From the sequence record SRR2962707_1682: a DNA stretch of 45,040 nucleotides. One strand, written 5' to 3'. Position 1 is the first letter of the stretch; each line of letters begins with the position of its first letter. The position numbers and the translations under genes are program-made. Positions 9,687 through 19,065 of this stretch are shown here, in pieces. The notes beneath the pieces were generated by a model that was given only the letters and a program-made list of their open reading frames with translations, was not told the DNA's origin and did not search any database.

Positions 9687-11357
9687 ATGACCATGCATGT
9701 AATCCAAACCCGGTTTGCCGCTGAACCTGCACGTGCTGTGCTGCGTCCAGCACCGTTGCGTCGTTTTCTGGCGCGCCCTACTTTTTCCTACAAGCCGCTT
9801 TCGCAGGAGGGGCAATCGTATTGGCTGGCCTGGCTTCAAGCGGCAATGACGATGGCCCTGACCGCGATTGTCGTCGCCGGTTTTGTGACCGCGATTGACG
9901 AATGGACTGTGGCCAGCAGCGTTGCGCTTGTCTTGTTGACAATGACTGCAGCTACGCTTTCATTAGGTGCCACGACGGCGTTAATTGGTCTGATGGCTTC
10001 CCCGGTTCCGACAGTACGTCCTTTGCCAGGAATGCAATCGACGGCGCGGACCGCTGTCCTGCTGACCCTGTGTGGAGAAGATCCGGCTGGCCCGGCCCGC
10101 ATGCTGGCAGAGCTCGCAACGGATCTGGAGCGTCAGGACATAAATCATGTTACGTTCCTGTTCGTGCTTTCCGATACGCGCGACGCCGAAAAGATCGTGG
10201 TCGAAGAAGCAACGCTCGCCCCGCTGATCGAAGCGGGCAGAATCCAGTACCGCAGACGGACCGAGAATACGGGCCGCAAGCCGGGCAACATCGCTGATTG
10301 GCTGCACACTCATGGCGACCGTTTTGACTACATGATGACGCTGGACGCCGACAGCCGTATGGGTGCCTCACGGATTGAAACGTTGATTGCACGGATGGAA
10401 CGTTCGCCCAAAACCGGTCTTTTGCAGGCTGGAATGCGGCTCATCCCGGCAAAATCACGCTTTGGAAAGCTGCAGCGACTCTCTTCGCGGTTGATGGGAC
10501 CGACTTTCCTGACAGGATTTGCGCTCTGGACAGGAGATGCGGGCAATTATTGGGGCCACAACGCCCTGATCCGGGTAAAAGCCTTTCGCGAGGCGGCGCA
10601 TATGCCGAAACTTAGCGGGTCTGCACCTTTTGGCGGTGATATCCTTAGCCACGATTTTGTCGAAGCGGCGTTCATGCGCCGCGCCGGTTGGAAGATCGAA
10701 ATAGATGCGGATACCCGAGCAAGCGCCGAAGACGGTCCCCAGGATTTGGCGGAGTACCACAAGCGCGATCGCCGTTGGTGTCAGGGCAACCTGCAGCACG
10801 CCCGTATCATTCTGGAGCGTGGCCTGCATCCGATCAGCCGCCTGCACATGGCGGTGGGCATCATGGGTTATGTCGCCGGTCCGATCTGGCTTACTCTGGT
10901 CATCCTGCTGTCTGCAGGGCTGGTGCCGACGGCGACTGTCTGGCCCCTTCTGGCCGTCGCCGTCCTGCTGTTGATGCCAAAGTTGTGCGGCCTTTTGCGC
11001 AATCTGACCTCTACCAACAGTTCGCGGGCGCGCAGGATCATGTTGCGTGCTGCAACCGCCGAACTTGCGATGTCGTCATTGCTTGCCCCAATCGTGATGA
11101 TTCGCCACGTGCTGGCCGTTGGATCGGTTCTGACAGGGCACGATTGCGGCTGGAAAGGCCCTGCGGGACGCACATTTACCCTGCCGAGCGGACTGCTTGA
11201 AGGTTTGGCCGGGCTTACACTGGTCACCTTGGTCTCAGTGCTGAATCCCAGCGCCTTGCTCTTTGTACTTCCTGTGGCGGCCCCCCTACTGGCGGCACCA
11301 ATCCTTGTGCCCTATCTTGATCGCCAAGACGATGTAATCAAGAGCCCGGTGGTATAA
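9687..11357 (+). CDS. opgH: Osmoregulated periplasmic glucan glucosyltransferase (GT2)
   Basis: RKPGNIADW, LDADS, NYWGHNA, ILSHDFVEAA and RDRRWCQGNLQH motifs. Confidence 0.93.
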   Translation: MTMHVIQTRFAAEPARAVLRPAPLRRFLARPTFSYKPLSQEGQSYWLAWLQAAMTMALTAIVVAGFVTAIDEWTVASSVALVLLTMTAATLSLGATTALIGLMASPVPTVRPLPGMQSTARTAVLLTLCGEDPAGPARMLAELATDLERQDINHVTFLFVLSDTRDAEKIVVEEATLAPLIEAGRIQYRRRTENTGRKPGNIADWLHTHGDRFDYMMTLDADSRMGASRIETLIARMERSPKTGLLQAGMRLIPAKSRFGKLQRLSSRLMGPTFLTGFALWTGDAGNYWGHNALIRVKAFREAAHMPKLSGSAPFGGDILSHDFVEAAFMRRAGWKIEIDADTRASAEDGPQDLAEYHKRDRRWCQGNLQHARIILERGLHPISRLHMAVGIMGYVAGPIWLTLVILLSAGLVPTATVWPLLAVAVLLLMPKLCGLLRNLTSTNSSRARRIMLRAATAELAMSSLLAPIVMIRHVLAVGSVLTGHDCGWKGPAGRTFTLPSGLLEGLAGLTLVTLVSVLNPSALLFVLPVAAPLLAAPILVPYLDRQDDVIKSPVV

Positions 11358-12895
11358 TGCACAGACGCAGTTTCCTAACTTCAGCTACCGCCGCGGCGAG
11401 CCTTGTGGGCGCTCGCGGCGGTTTCGCGCAAACATCGGACATATCCGGCAACGACTTGCTGGTCCGGGCCCGCAATCTGGCCACAAAACCCTACAACGTT
11501 TTGACCAGCGATTTGCCGGCACCTTTCGCCGGTCTGGATTACGACGCCTATCGCGGGATACGGCCGCTTCCGGGGCGCGCGGCAATGCTAGATCTGAGCA
11601 ACGATTTCGCCATGGATCTGCTGCCCCCGGGGCTCTACTTCCACGCGCCGGTCGTCGTCGACAGGGTGACTGACACGGGGATTGCGCCTTATGCGTTCTC
11701 TACGGATCTGTTCTCTTTCGACCTACGCTATTTCGACGACATTCCTGTCGAGGCACCCGGCGCCGGATTCTCAGGACTGCGCCTGCGCGCGCCCTTGAAC
11801 GATTCGGAAGAGATGAATGAATTTCTTGTCATTCAGGGGGCGAGCTATTTTCGCGCTGTTGGGCGTGACATGGTCTATGGCCTATCCGCGCGTACCGTCG
11901 CGCTGGGAACCGGGGATCCCGGCCCAGAAGAGTTCCCCGAAATTGTCCATCTGCGTCTTCACACCCCGGGCGAAAAGAGCGCGCGTATAGAGGGGTTGAT
12001 CGACAGCCCTTCGCTAAGCGCGCATATCGACATGACGATTACCCCCGGAGACGACACCCGGCAGGAAATATCTGTAACAATTTTCCCGCGCGAAACGATT
12101 GAAACAATTGGTATTGCGCCGTTGACAACCATGTACTTCAAGGGTCCTCTGCGGTCTTCTGTGGGCGATGATTTCCGTCCGGCGGTGCATGACAGTGACG
12201 TCCTTGTTATCGAAAATGGCGCAGACGAGACGTTGTGGCGCCCGATTTCGAATCCAGCTTCGATTCAGGCATCGGCCTTTGCCGATACCAATCCGCGCAG
12301 TTTCGGACTTTACCAGTCTGATCGCAGCTTTGCGGCCTTTCAGGACACTGAGGCGCATTACAACCACCGGCCATCGGCCAGGGTCGAACCACGCGGTGAC
12401 TGGGGTAAGGGGGCAGTGACCCTGATCGAAATACCGACTCGCAATGAATTCATGGACAACATCGTTGCCTTCTGGCGGCCGGAACAGCCGTTAGAAAAAG
12501 GGTCCGAGCATCGGTTTGACTATGATCTGGTGTGGACGCTTTCGTCGCCGCAGGTGAAAGGCGCAGAAATTATCCAGGCGCGCAGCGGAATCGACCCGAT
12601 CGACCTTGAGGCGCTGCAATATGTCGTTGATTTCCAAGGCTTGCCGGAAAACGCATGGCCCGAGCTTACTGCCACCGATGGCGTCGAAATCACGGTTCCG
12701 ATCCTTTTGCCACTGCCCGATGGGCCGTATTTGCAGGATGGGACACCCAACAACCGGACCCGGGTGGCGTTCAAGTTGCAGCCGGGAAATGTCGACAGCA
12801 CGGATCTGCGCCTCGTAATGCGCGGTGCAGAAAACCAGCCTCTGGCACCGGTCTGGCTGCATCGATGGATCCGGGCGCGGGATGGCGGTGTCTGA
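11357..12895 (+). CDS. opgD: Periplasmic glucan biosynthesis protein G/D with Tat signal
   Basis: MHRRSFL twin-arginine leader; GASYFRA, YGLSAR, EEFP, RPAVHDSD and DNIVAFW motifs; start overlaps the opgH stop. Confidence 0.88.
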   Translation: MHRRSFLTSATAAASLVGARGGFAQTSDISGNDLLVRARNLATKPYNVLTSDLPAPFAGLDYDAYRGIRPLPGRAAMLDLSNDFAMDLLPPGLYFHAPVVVDRVTDTGIAPYAFSTDLFSFDLRYFDDIPVEAPGAGFSGLRLRAPLNDSEEMNEFLVIQGASYFRAVGRDMVYGLSARTVALGTGDPGPEEFPEIVHLRLHTPGEKSARIEGLIDSPSLSAHIDMTITPGDDTRQEISVTIFPRETIETIGIAPLTTMYFKGPLRSSVGDDFRPAVHDSDVLVIENGADETLWRPISNPASIQASAFADTNPRSFGLYQSDRSFAAFQDTEAHYNHRPSARVEPRGDWGKGAVTLIEIPTRNEFMDNIVAFWRPEQPLEKGSEHRFDYDLVWTLSSPQVKGAEIIQARSGIDPIDLEALQYVVDFQGLPENAWPELTATDGVEITVPILLPLPDGPYLQDGTPNNRTRVAFKLQPGNVDSTDLRLVMRGAENQPLAPVWLHRWIRARDGGV

Positions 12896-12916
12896 TCCGA
12901 CACCGCCGATATTTTT

Positions 12917-13267
12917 TTAGACTTTGGCCGCAGTAACAAGAAATTCGACAAGATATTCTGACGTGGCGAGTTTTGCCTCGCCGCAGGCGCGTGCTGGTGT
13001 GTGTCCGGCGGCGACCCAGGCATCCCAGACCGCGTTCATCGCGGCAAAATCAGCCATGTCGGCCAGCCAGATGGTGACCTGCAGCAGGCGTGTCTTGTCC
13101 GAACCGACTTCGGCCAGCAGTGCGTCGATACTGGCAAGGCAGGTTTTGGTCTGCGCGGCCACATCCTCACCAGGGTTTCCAACCTGTCCAGCCAGGTAAA
13201 TGGTATTTCCGTGTTCTACGATCTGGCTCATGCGGGCGCCGGTGTGATGGCGGGTAATCTGGGTCAT
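12917..13267 (-). CDS. RidA-superfamily protein (YoaB/Rid2-like)
   Basis: IYLAGQV, FAAMNAVWDAWV and PARAC motifs. Confidence 0.9.
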   Translation of the reverse strand: MTQITRHHTGARMSQIVEHGNTIYLAGQVGNPGEDVAAQTKTCLASIDALLAEVGSDKTRLLQVTIWLADMADFAAMNAVWDAWVAAGHTPARACGEAKLATSEYLVEFLVTAAKV

Positions 13268-13355
13268 GGGTAGCTCCTGCTGATAAGTTTCGACCCGGGT
13301 TACGACACTGCGCGCTGAAAACCCATCCCTTTTGGACCGCAAAGCTGGGTTGGCA

Positions 13356-14567
13356 TCAAAGAATGCCCCGGTCCAGCCCGGCTACCGCATCTGAATCGCC
13401 TGCCATTGCCCGGGCCAGCCGCTCTCCGGTTGCGGGGCCGAGGGTAAAGCCCTGATGTCCGTGCCCGAAATGCAACCACAGCCCCGTGTGGCGTAGCGCC
13501 TGAGTGACCAGAGGTAGCATTCCGGGCAGACAGGGGCGGGTGCCGGACCACGCTTTGGGCTCGACCGCTTTTCCGATGTCGAGCAGTTCGCGCGCTGCGC
13601 GCTCTCCACGCTGCAACTGGCGCGGGTGGGCGGCGGCCCGGCGCGAAAGGTCCGCCCCGGTGGCCAGGCGCAAACCCTGCTTCATCGGAGAAAGAACAAT
13701 ATTGTTTTCTGCATCAACGAGCGAGCGGTGCAGGCCGTGGGTGCCGTCAAAGTGCATATGATAGCCCCGCTTGGCCACCATCGGAACGCGGTAGCCCAGG
13801 CCGCGAAGCAGGGCGGGCGACCAGGGACCAAGGGCGACAACGACCTGCGCGGCATCAATTCCGGCGGCCCGCCATCCAGCGCCATTCTGTTTCAGGGTTG
13901 TGGCATCGCCCGTGACGATCTGCCCGCCGCGCTGTTTGAACAACGAGGCATAAGACTGCACCAGCCCGCCCGGATCGGCGCAGCGCCATGGACCCGTCCA
14001 AAGCACCGCCCCCGCAAACTTTGCCTGCAGGCTAGGTTCGGCCTGGCAAAGATCTGCGCCTGAATAGATCGTGTTTGCCTGACCATAGACCCGGGTCATC
14101 CGCCGGGCAGATGCCTCTGCGGCGTGAAAGGCACGCTCTGTGCGGTACGCATCCCAATACCCGTCGCGCTGGATAAGGTTGTCTGCACCGGATGCGGCAA
14201 TCAGCGGCGCATGGGCAGCAAGAGATTCGGAAATCAGCTGATGATAAACGCTGGCGGCTTGGGCGTGTTGACGGGGTCGGGATGCCAGCCAGTAACGCAA
14301 AAGGGCCTCGGCCTGACCCGGTAACGCAAGAGGGTCAATCGCGACAGCGTTCCCCTGACCCAACGCCATTCGTAGCAAGGTGATGGGGGAAAGCGGCAGG
14401 GCGTAGGGTTCCGATGCTTCTGATTGCAGGATGCCGGCGTTGCCATAGCTTGTTTCCTGCCCGGGTGCGCCACGGTCGATGATCACACATTCCAACCCAC
14501 GCGCCTGCAAAGCCAGTGCAGCCCCAAGCCCAGCCATCCCGGCACCCAGAATGAGGACGTCGCTCAT
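13356..14567 (-). CDS. FAD-dependent oxidoreductase, D-amino-acid dehydrogenase (DadA-like)
   Basis: GAGMAG, ETSYGNAG, KRGYH, WSGTRP and FGHGHQGFTLGP motifs. Confidence 0.88.
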   Translation of the reverse strand: MSDVLILGAGMAGLGAALALQARGLECVIIDRGAPGQETSYGNAGILQSEASEPYALPLSPITLLRMALGQGNAVAIDPLALPGQAEALLRYWLASRPRQHAQAASVYHQLISESLAAHAPLIAASGADNLIQRDGYWDAYRTERAFHAAEASARRMTRVYGQANTIYSGADLCQAEPSLQAKFAGAVLWTGPWRCADPGGLVQSYASLFKQRGGQIVTGDATTLKQNGAGWRAAGIDAAQVVVALGPWSPALLRGLGYRVPMVAKRGYHMHFDGTHGLHRSLVDAENNIVLSPMKQGLRLATGADLSRRAAAHPRQLQRGERAARELLDIGKAVEPKAWSGTRPCLPGMLPLVTQALRHTGLWLHFGHGHQGFTLGPATGERLARAMAGDSDAVAGLDRGIL

Positions 14568-14841
14568 ATCGTGGTCCTGCGGCCAGTGCGGCGGGCCGGT
14601 CCGGGAGATGACGGGCAGATATACAGAGGCATCATTCGGGAAAGGCTCCTCGGCTGGCGTTAAGTGCAATATGGGTAACAGGATCGGCGAACAATCCCGT
14701 ATCCACCAAATCGGCTTTTACAGACAGATGCAAACCGGTCCTGCCGTTGGCGGGCCTGACACGGGTTTTCACGTTCCCGTCAAGGCATTGCCCGACACGC
14801 GCTGTCGTGGCTTTATACCGGTCAACCCGCAGGAGCCCCCT

Positions 14842-15450
14842 ATGTTCGACGCAACCGCCCGCAAATTGATCGACCCGCCGCTGAACCTGGTCGGTCGTCG
14901 CGTCGCCGCAGCGGGTGTGACAGCCAATCAGGTTACTGTCCTTGGATTGATTTTGGGCCTGACAGCGGCGGCGATAATCGGTTTTGGGGCGCCGTTGGCC
15001 GCGCTGATGCCGCTCTTGCTGTCGCGCCTTGCGGATGGGCTGGACGGGGCTGTCGCGCGCGCCAGTCATAAAACAGACTTTGGCGGATACCTCGATATTG
15101 CCTGCGATTTTTTGTTCTACGGGGCTGTGCCGCTGGCCTTTATACTTCTGGATCCGACGGCAAATGGCATAGCCGGTGGCTTTCTGTTGGCCTCCTTCTA
15201 TTTCAACGGGACGAGCTTTCTTGGCTACGCCATCCTTGCCGAAAAACATGGTATGACGACATCTGCGCAGGGAGCCAAGTCGCTCTACTTTTCGAACGGT
15301 CTGCTTGAGGGAACCGAAACCATCGGGTTTTTTGTCCTTCTCTGCCTGCTACCGGGATTTTTCGCCCCCCTTGCCTGGGTTTTTGGGGCGCTTTGCTATG
15401 CCACCGCAACATTGCGTATCCTGGCCGCGCGCCAGAATTTTACCGACTGA
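14842..15450 (+). CDS. ynjF: CDP-alcohol phosphatidyltransferase family protein
   Basis: DGLDGAVARA...GGYLDIACD motif and GLLEGTET; AGGAG RBS. Confidence 0.88.
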   Translation: MFDATARKLIDPPLNLVGRRVAAAGVTANQVTVLGLILGLTAAAIIGFGAPLAALMPLLLSRLADGLDGAVARASHKTDFGGYLDIACDFLFYGAVPLAFILLDPTANGIAGGFLLASFYFNGTSFLGYAILAEKHGMTTSAQGAKSLYFSNGLLEGTETIGFFVLLCLLPGFFAPLAWVFGALCYATATLRILAARQNFTD

Positions 15451-15462
15451 ACCGGAGATATC

Positions 15463-16671
15463 ATGCCCCGCCTTACAATCGCCCTTCCGCTGCTGGCCAG
15501 CCTTTTGGCACCGCTGCCCGTCCTGTCAGATACCGTCGATCCGTCCGATTGGGACGCGGTCCTGCAGCAGGCGCAGGGGCAGACGGTGTACTGGCACGCT
15601 TGGGGCGGATCGACCGCCACCAACGATTTTATCGCCTGGATTGGTGAACAGGTCGCGGCGCAGGGCGTGACGCTGGAACATGTGAAACTGTCCGATACCG
15701 CCGATGCCGTGACCCGGGTGCTGAACGAAAAGCAGGCCGGGCAAGATGATGACGGCGCAGTCGACATGATCTGGATCAACGGCCCGAACTTTGCCGCGAT
15801 GAAGGATGCGAACCTTCTGTTCGGCCCCTTTGCCGAACAGCTGCCGAACTGGCGCTACGTGGATACTGAAGGAAAGACCGTCCAGTCGGATTTTACTGTC
15901 CCGACCGAAGGATACGAATCCCCTTGGGCGATGGCGCAGGTCGTGTACATGTATGACTCTGCGGACATGGAACCTCAGCGCTCTTCAGAGGCGATTCTGG
16001 AATGGGCCAAGGCCAATCCTGGTCGGTTTACCTATCCGCAACCGCCGGATTTTCTGGGGTCAACCTTTCTAAAGCAGACGCTGATTGAGCTGACTGATAA
16101 CAGCGATATCCTTTCTGGATCTGCGGATGAGGCGGATTATACCGCCGTCACTACGCCCTTATGGGACTATCTTGATGCGCTGACACCGGTGCTTTGGCGG
16201 TCGGGGTCGGCCTATCCGGCGACCGGCCCTGCACAATTGCAGCTCATGGCTGATAACGAGATCGATCTTGCGATTTCCTTCAGCCCTGGCGAGGCATCGA
16301 CTGCCATTGCCAATCGGCAGCTGCCCGAAACAGTGCGCACCTTCGTTCTGGAAAATGGCACATTGGGCAATGCCTCTTATGTGGCGATTCCCTATAATTC
16401 GGGGTCCAAGGCCGGGGCGATGGTCGTTGCAAATACGTTGCTGTCCCCACAGGCACAGGCGCGCGCGCAGGACCCCGCAATCCTTGGGTATGGCACCGTG
16501 CTGGCAATGGACATACTGTCGTCGGATGACCGCGCGGTCTTTGATGCCTTGGATCTGGGCATTGCAACTTTGTCTCCGGCCGAACTTGGGGCCACTTTGC
16601 CGGAACCGCACCCAAGCTGGATGAGCCGCATCACCGATGACTGGGCCCGCCGTTACGGCGCCGGACAATGA
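15463..16671 (+). CDS. ynjB: ABC transporter substrate-binding protein
   Basis: Signal peptide; AWGG, DMIWING and GRFTYPQPPDFLG motifs typical of YnjB. Confidence 0.87.
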   Translation: MPRLTIALPLLASLLAPLPVLSDTVDPSDWDAVLQQAQGQTVYWHAWGGSTATNDFIAWIGEQVAAQGVTLEHVKLSDTADAVTRVLNEKQAGQDDDGAVDMIWINGPNFAAMKDANLLFGPFAEQLPNWRYVDTEGKTVQSDFTVPTEGYESPWAMAQVVYMYDSADMEPQRSSEAILEWAKANPGRFTYPQPPDFLGSTFLKQTLIELTDNSDILSGSADEADYTAVTTPLWDYLDALTPVLWRSGSAYPATGPAQLQLMADNEIDLAISFSPGEASTAIANRQLPETVRTFVLENGTLGNASYVAIPYNSGSKAGAMVVANTLLSPQAQARAQDPAILGYGTVLAMDILSSDDRAVFDALDLGIATLSPAELGATLPEPHPSWMSRITDDWARRYGAGQ

Positions 16672-16675
16672 TCTG

Positions 16676-18418
16676 ATGCGCTCGCTGGCCCGGCGAACTG
16701 CCGCAAAGTTGGCAAGGCCACATGGCAAGATCAAACTCAAGTCTGTGTCGGGCCTGATTCCGGCGCTGACGCTGTTGGCGATGTTGGGGCCGGTGGGCGC
16801 GGGGTTACTGGGCACACTGATGCCGGCGTTTGGCTATCTTCCGGCGGCGGGTCTATCGACCCTGTCTTTCGGGCCTTTTATGGCGTTGTTCGACTGGGCG
16901 GGCCTGCCGGGGGCGATACGCCTTTCCGTTACAACCGGACTGCTGGCAACACTGATCTCCTTGGGTATCGTTACGCTGACACTGGCGGGGTGGTATGGAA
17001 CGGGGCCGTTTCGTTTTCTGGAACGGCTCTTGTCCCCCCTGCTGTCCGTACCGCATGCGGCGACGGCCTTTGGCTTTGCTTTCCTCATCGCACCCTCGGG
17101 ATGGCTGTCACGTCTTGCATCACCGCTGACCGGATGGGACAGACCGCCGGACCTGCTGATCGTGCAGGACGAATGGGGTTTGGCCCTGACTGCCGGGATG
17201 GTCGCGAAAGAGGTGCCTTTCCTGTTGCTCATGGCATTGGCGGCAATGGGCCAGGCCAACGCGCGCCGACGCATGCGCGTGGCACAGGCTATGGGTTATG
17301 GGCGCGTGACTGGCTGGCTCAAGACGGTATTCCCGCCAGTCTATGCCCAGATCCGACTGCCGGTCTATGTGGTGCTGGCCTATTCTATGTCAGTGGTCGA
17401 CGTGGCGATGATCCTTGGCCCCACGACCCCGCCGCCGCTGTCGGTACAGATCGTCCGCTGGATGAGCGATCCCGACCTGTCCCAACGTCTGATCGCTGCC
17501 GCTGCGGCCCTGCTGCAAGGCGGGCTGGTATTGGCCGCGCTCACGGGTTGGCGGATTGGTGAAGCCGTTATCGCCCGACTTGGTATTCTTTGGGTTGCCA
17601 GGGGCCATCGTGGGATGCTGGATCTTGTTTTGCGACCTCTGGGTCTGGTGTTGGGGGGAATGTCGGCCCTGGCTGTATTGGCCGGGCTCGCAGGGCTGGG
17701 GGTCTGGTCTACCGCCGGTTTTTGGGCTTTCCCCGATGCCCTGCCGCAGAGTTTCGATTTGCGCAGCTGGATGCGCCACCTTCCGGCCATCCTGTCTGCG
17801 GGGGGTACGACGGCGCTGATTGCCGCGCTGTCGACAGGCTTTGCACTGGTTTTTGTCATTGGATGCCTGGAATCTGAATTCCGCAGCGGCCATAATCTCA
17901 CCCGGCGCGGTCTGTGGCTTATCTACCTGCCGCTGCTTGTGCCGCAGACCGCCTTTCTGCCCGGGTTGCAGGCGTTACTGCTTCGCCTCGGGGCGGATCG
18001 TGCGATCTGGGCCGTGGTTTTGGCGCATCTGGTATTCGTTCTACCCTATGCCTTTTTGTCGCTGGGGGATCCCTGGCGCGCGTGGGACAGGCGCATTGCC
18101 ACAGTCGCGTCTGCGCTGGGCACATCGCGCACCGGGATTCTGTGGCGCGTGCGCCTCCCTATGCTGTTGCGCCCCATCCTGACCACGGCGGCCGTCGCCT
18201 TTGCCGTTTCGGTCGGGCAGTATCTGCCGACATTACTGGTGGGTGGGGGGCGCGTGCCGACCCTGACGACTGAGGCGGTCGCGCTTGCCTCGGGCGGTGA
18301 CAGGCGTGCAATTGGCGTCTACGCGGTGTCCCAGACGCTGGCCGTACTGATCCCCTTTATACTGGCTTTGACTGTACCCGCCTTAGTCTGGCGCAACCGG
18401 AGAGCACTGCATGGCTGA
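16676..18418 (+). CDS. ynjC: ABC transporter permease (two TM modules)
   Basis: LLSVPHAA, KEVPFL and FAVSVGQYLPTL motifs; start approximate. Confidence 0.85.
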   Translation: MRSLARRTAAKLARPHGKIKLKSVSGLIPALTLLAMLGPVGAGLLGTLMPAFGYLPAAGLSTLSFGPFMALFDWAGLPGAIRLSVTTGLLATLISLGIVTLTLAGWYGTGPFRFLERLLSPLLSVPHAATAFGFAFLIAPSGWLSRLASPLTGWDRPPDLLIVQDEWGLALTAGMVAKEVPFLLLMALAAMGQANARRRMRVAQAMGYGRVTGWLKTVFPPVYAQIRLPVYVVLAYSMSVVDVAMILGPTTPPPLSVQIVRWMSDPDLSQRLIAAAAALLQGGLVLAALTGWRIGEAVIARLGILWVARGHRGMLDLVLRPLGLVLGGMSALAVLAGLAGLGVWSTAGFWAFPDALPQSFDLRSWMRHLPAILSAGGTTALIAALSTGFALVFVIGCLESEFRSGHNLTRRGLWLIYLPLLVPQTAFLPGLQALLLRLGADRAIWAVVLAHLVFVLPYAFLSLGDPWRAWDRRIATVASALGTSRTGILWRVRLPMLLRPILTTAAVAFAVSVGQYLPTLLVGGGRVPTLTTEAVALASGGDRRAIGVYAVSQTLAVLIPFILALTVPALVWRNRRALHG

Positions 18419-19061
18419 CGCTTTGATCCTGCGTAACATCCTGATTACCCGAAACGGCGCGCCCTTGGTCAGCATCGACCATTCGGTTGCGCCGGGTGAG
18501 GTGCTGACCGTGATGGGGCCATCAGGTGTGGGGAAATCCACGCTGCTGTCTTATGTCGTTGGCACCCTGTCAGCGGATTTCATAGCGCGGGGCACTGTTT
18601 GCCTGGGCACCACGGACATCACCCGCCTACCGCCAGAAAAAAGGCGTATCGGTATTCTTTTTCAGGATGATCTACTTTTCCCGCACCTGTCGGTCGGGGC
18701 GAACCTGGCCTTTGGCCTGCGTTACGGTGGTTCTGCGTCCCGTCGACGCGAACGGACCGCCGCGGCCCTGTCTGAGATTGGTCTGGAGGGATATGCCGAC
18801 CGTGACCCAGCAACACTGTCGGGGGGACAGAAGGCGCGGGTGGCGTTGATGCGTATGCTGCTGTCGGAGCCGCACGCGCTTTTGCTTGATGAGCCGTTCT
18901 CGGGCTTGGACGCGTCTTGGCGACGGCAGATACGGAAGCTGGTTTTTGACCGTGCGCGTCAGATGGACCTGCCGATTCTTATGGTCACTCACGACCAGGA
19001 AGATGCCGATGCCGCAGGCGGAGCAGTGGAAAGACTGACAGTTGCCAGCCCTTCCACATAA
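18411..19061 (+). CDS. ynjD: ABC transporter ATP-binding protein
   Basis: GPSGVGKS Walker A, LSGGQ signature, LLLDEPF Walker B. Confidence 0.9.
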   Translation: MADALILRNILITRNGAPLVSIDHSVAPGEVLTVMGPSGVGKSTLLSYVVGTLSADFIARGTVCLGTTDITRLPPEKRRIGILFQDDLLFPHLSVGANLAFGLRYGGSASRRRERTAAALSEIGLEGYADRDPATLSGGQKARVALMRMLLSEPHALLLDEPFSGLDASWRRQIRKLVFDRARQMDLPILMVTHDQEDADAAGGAVERLTVASPST

Positions 19062-19065
19062 TCAG

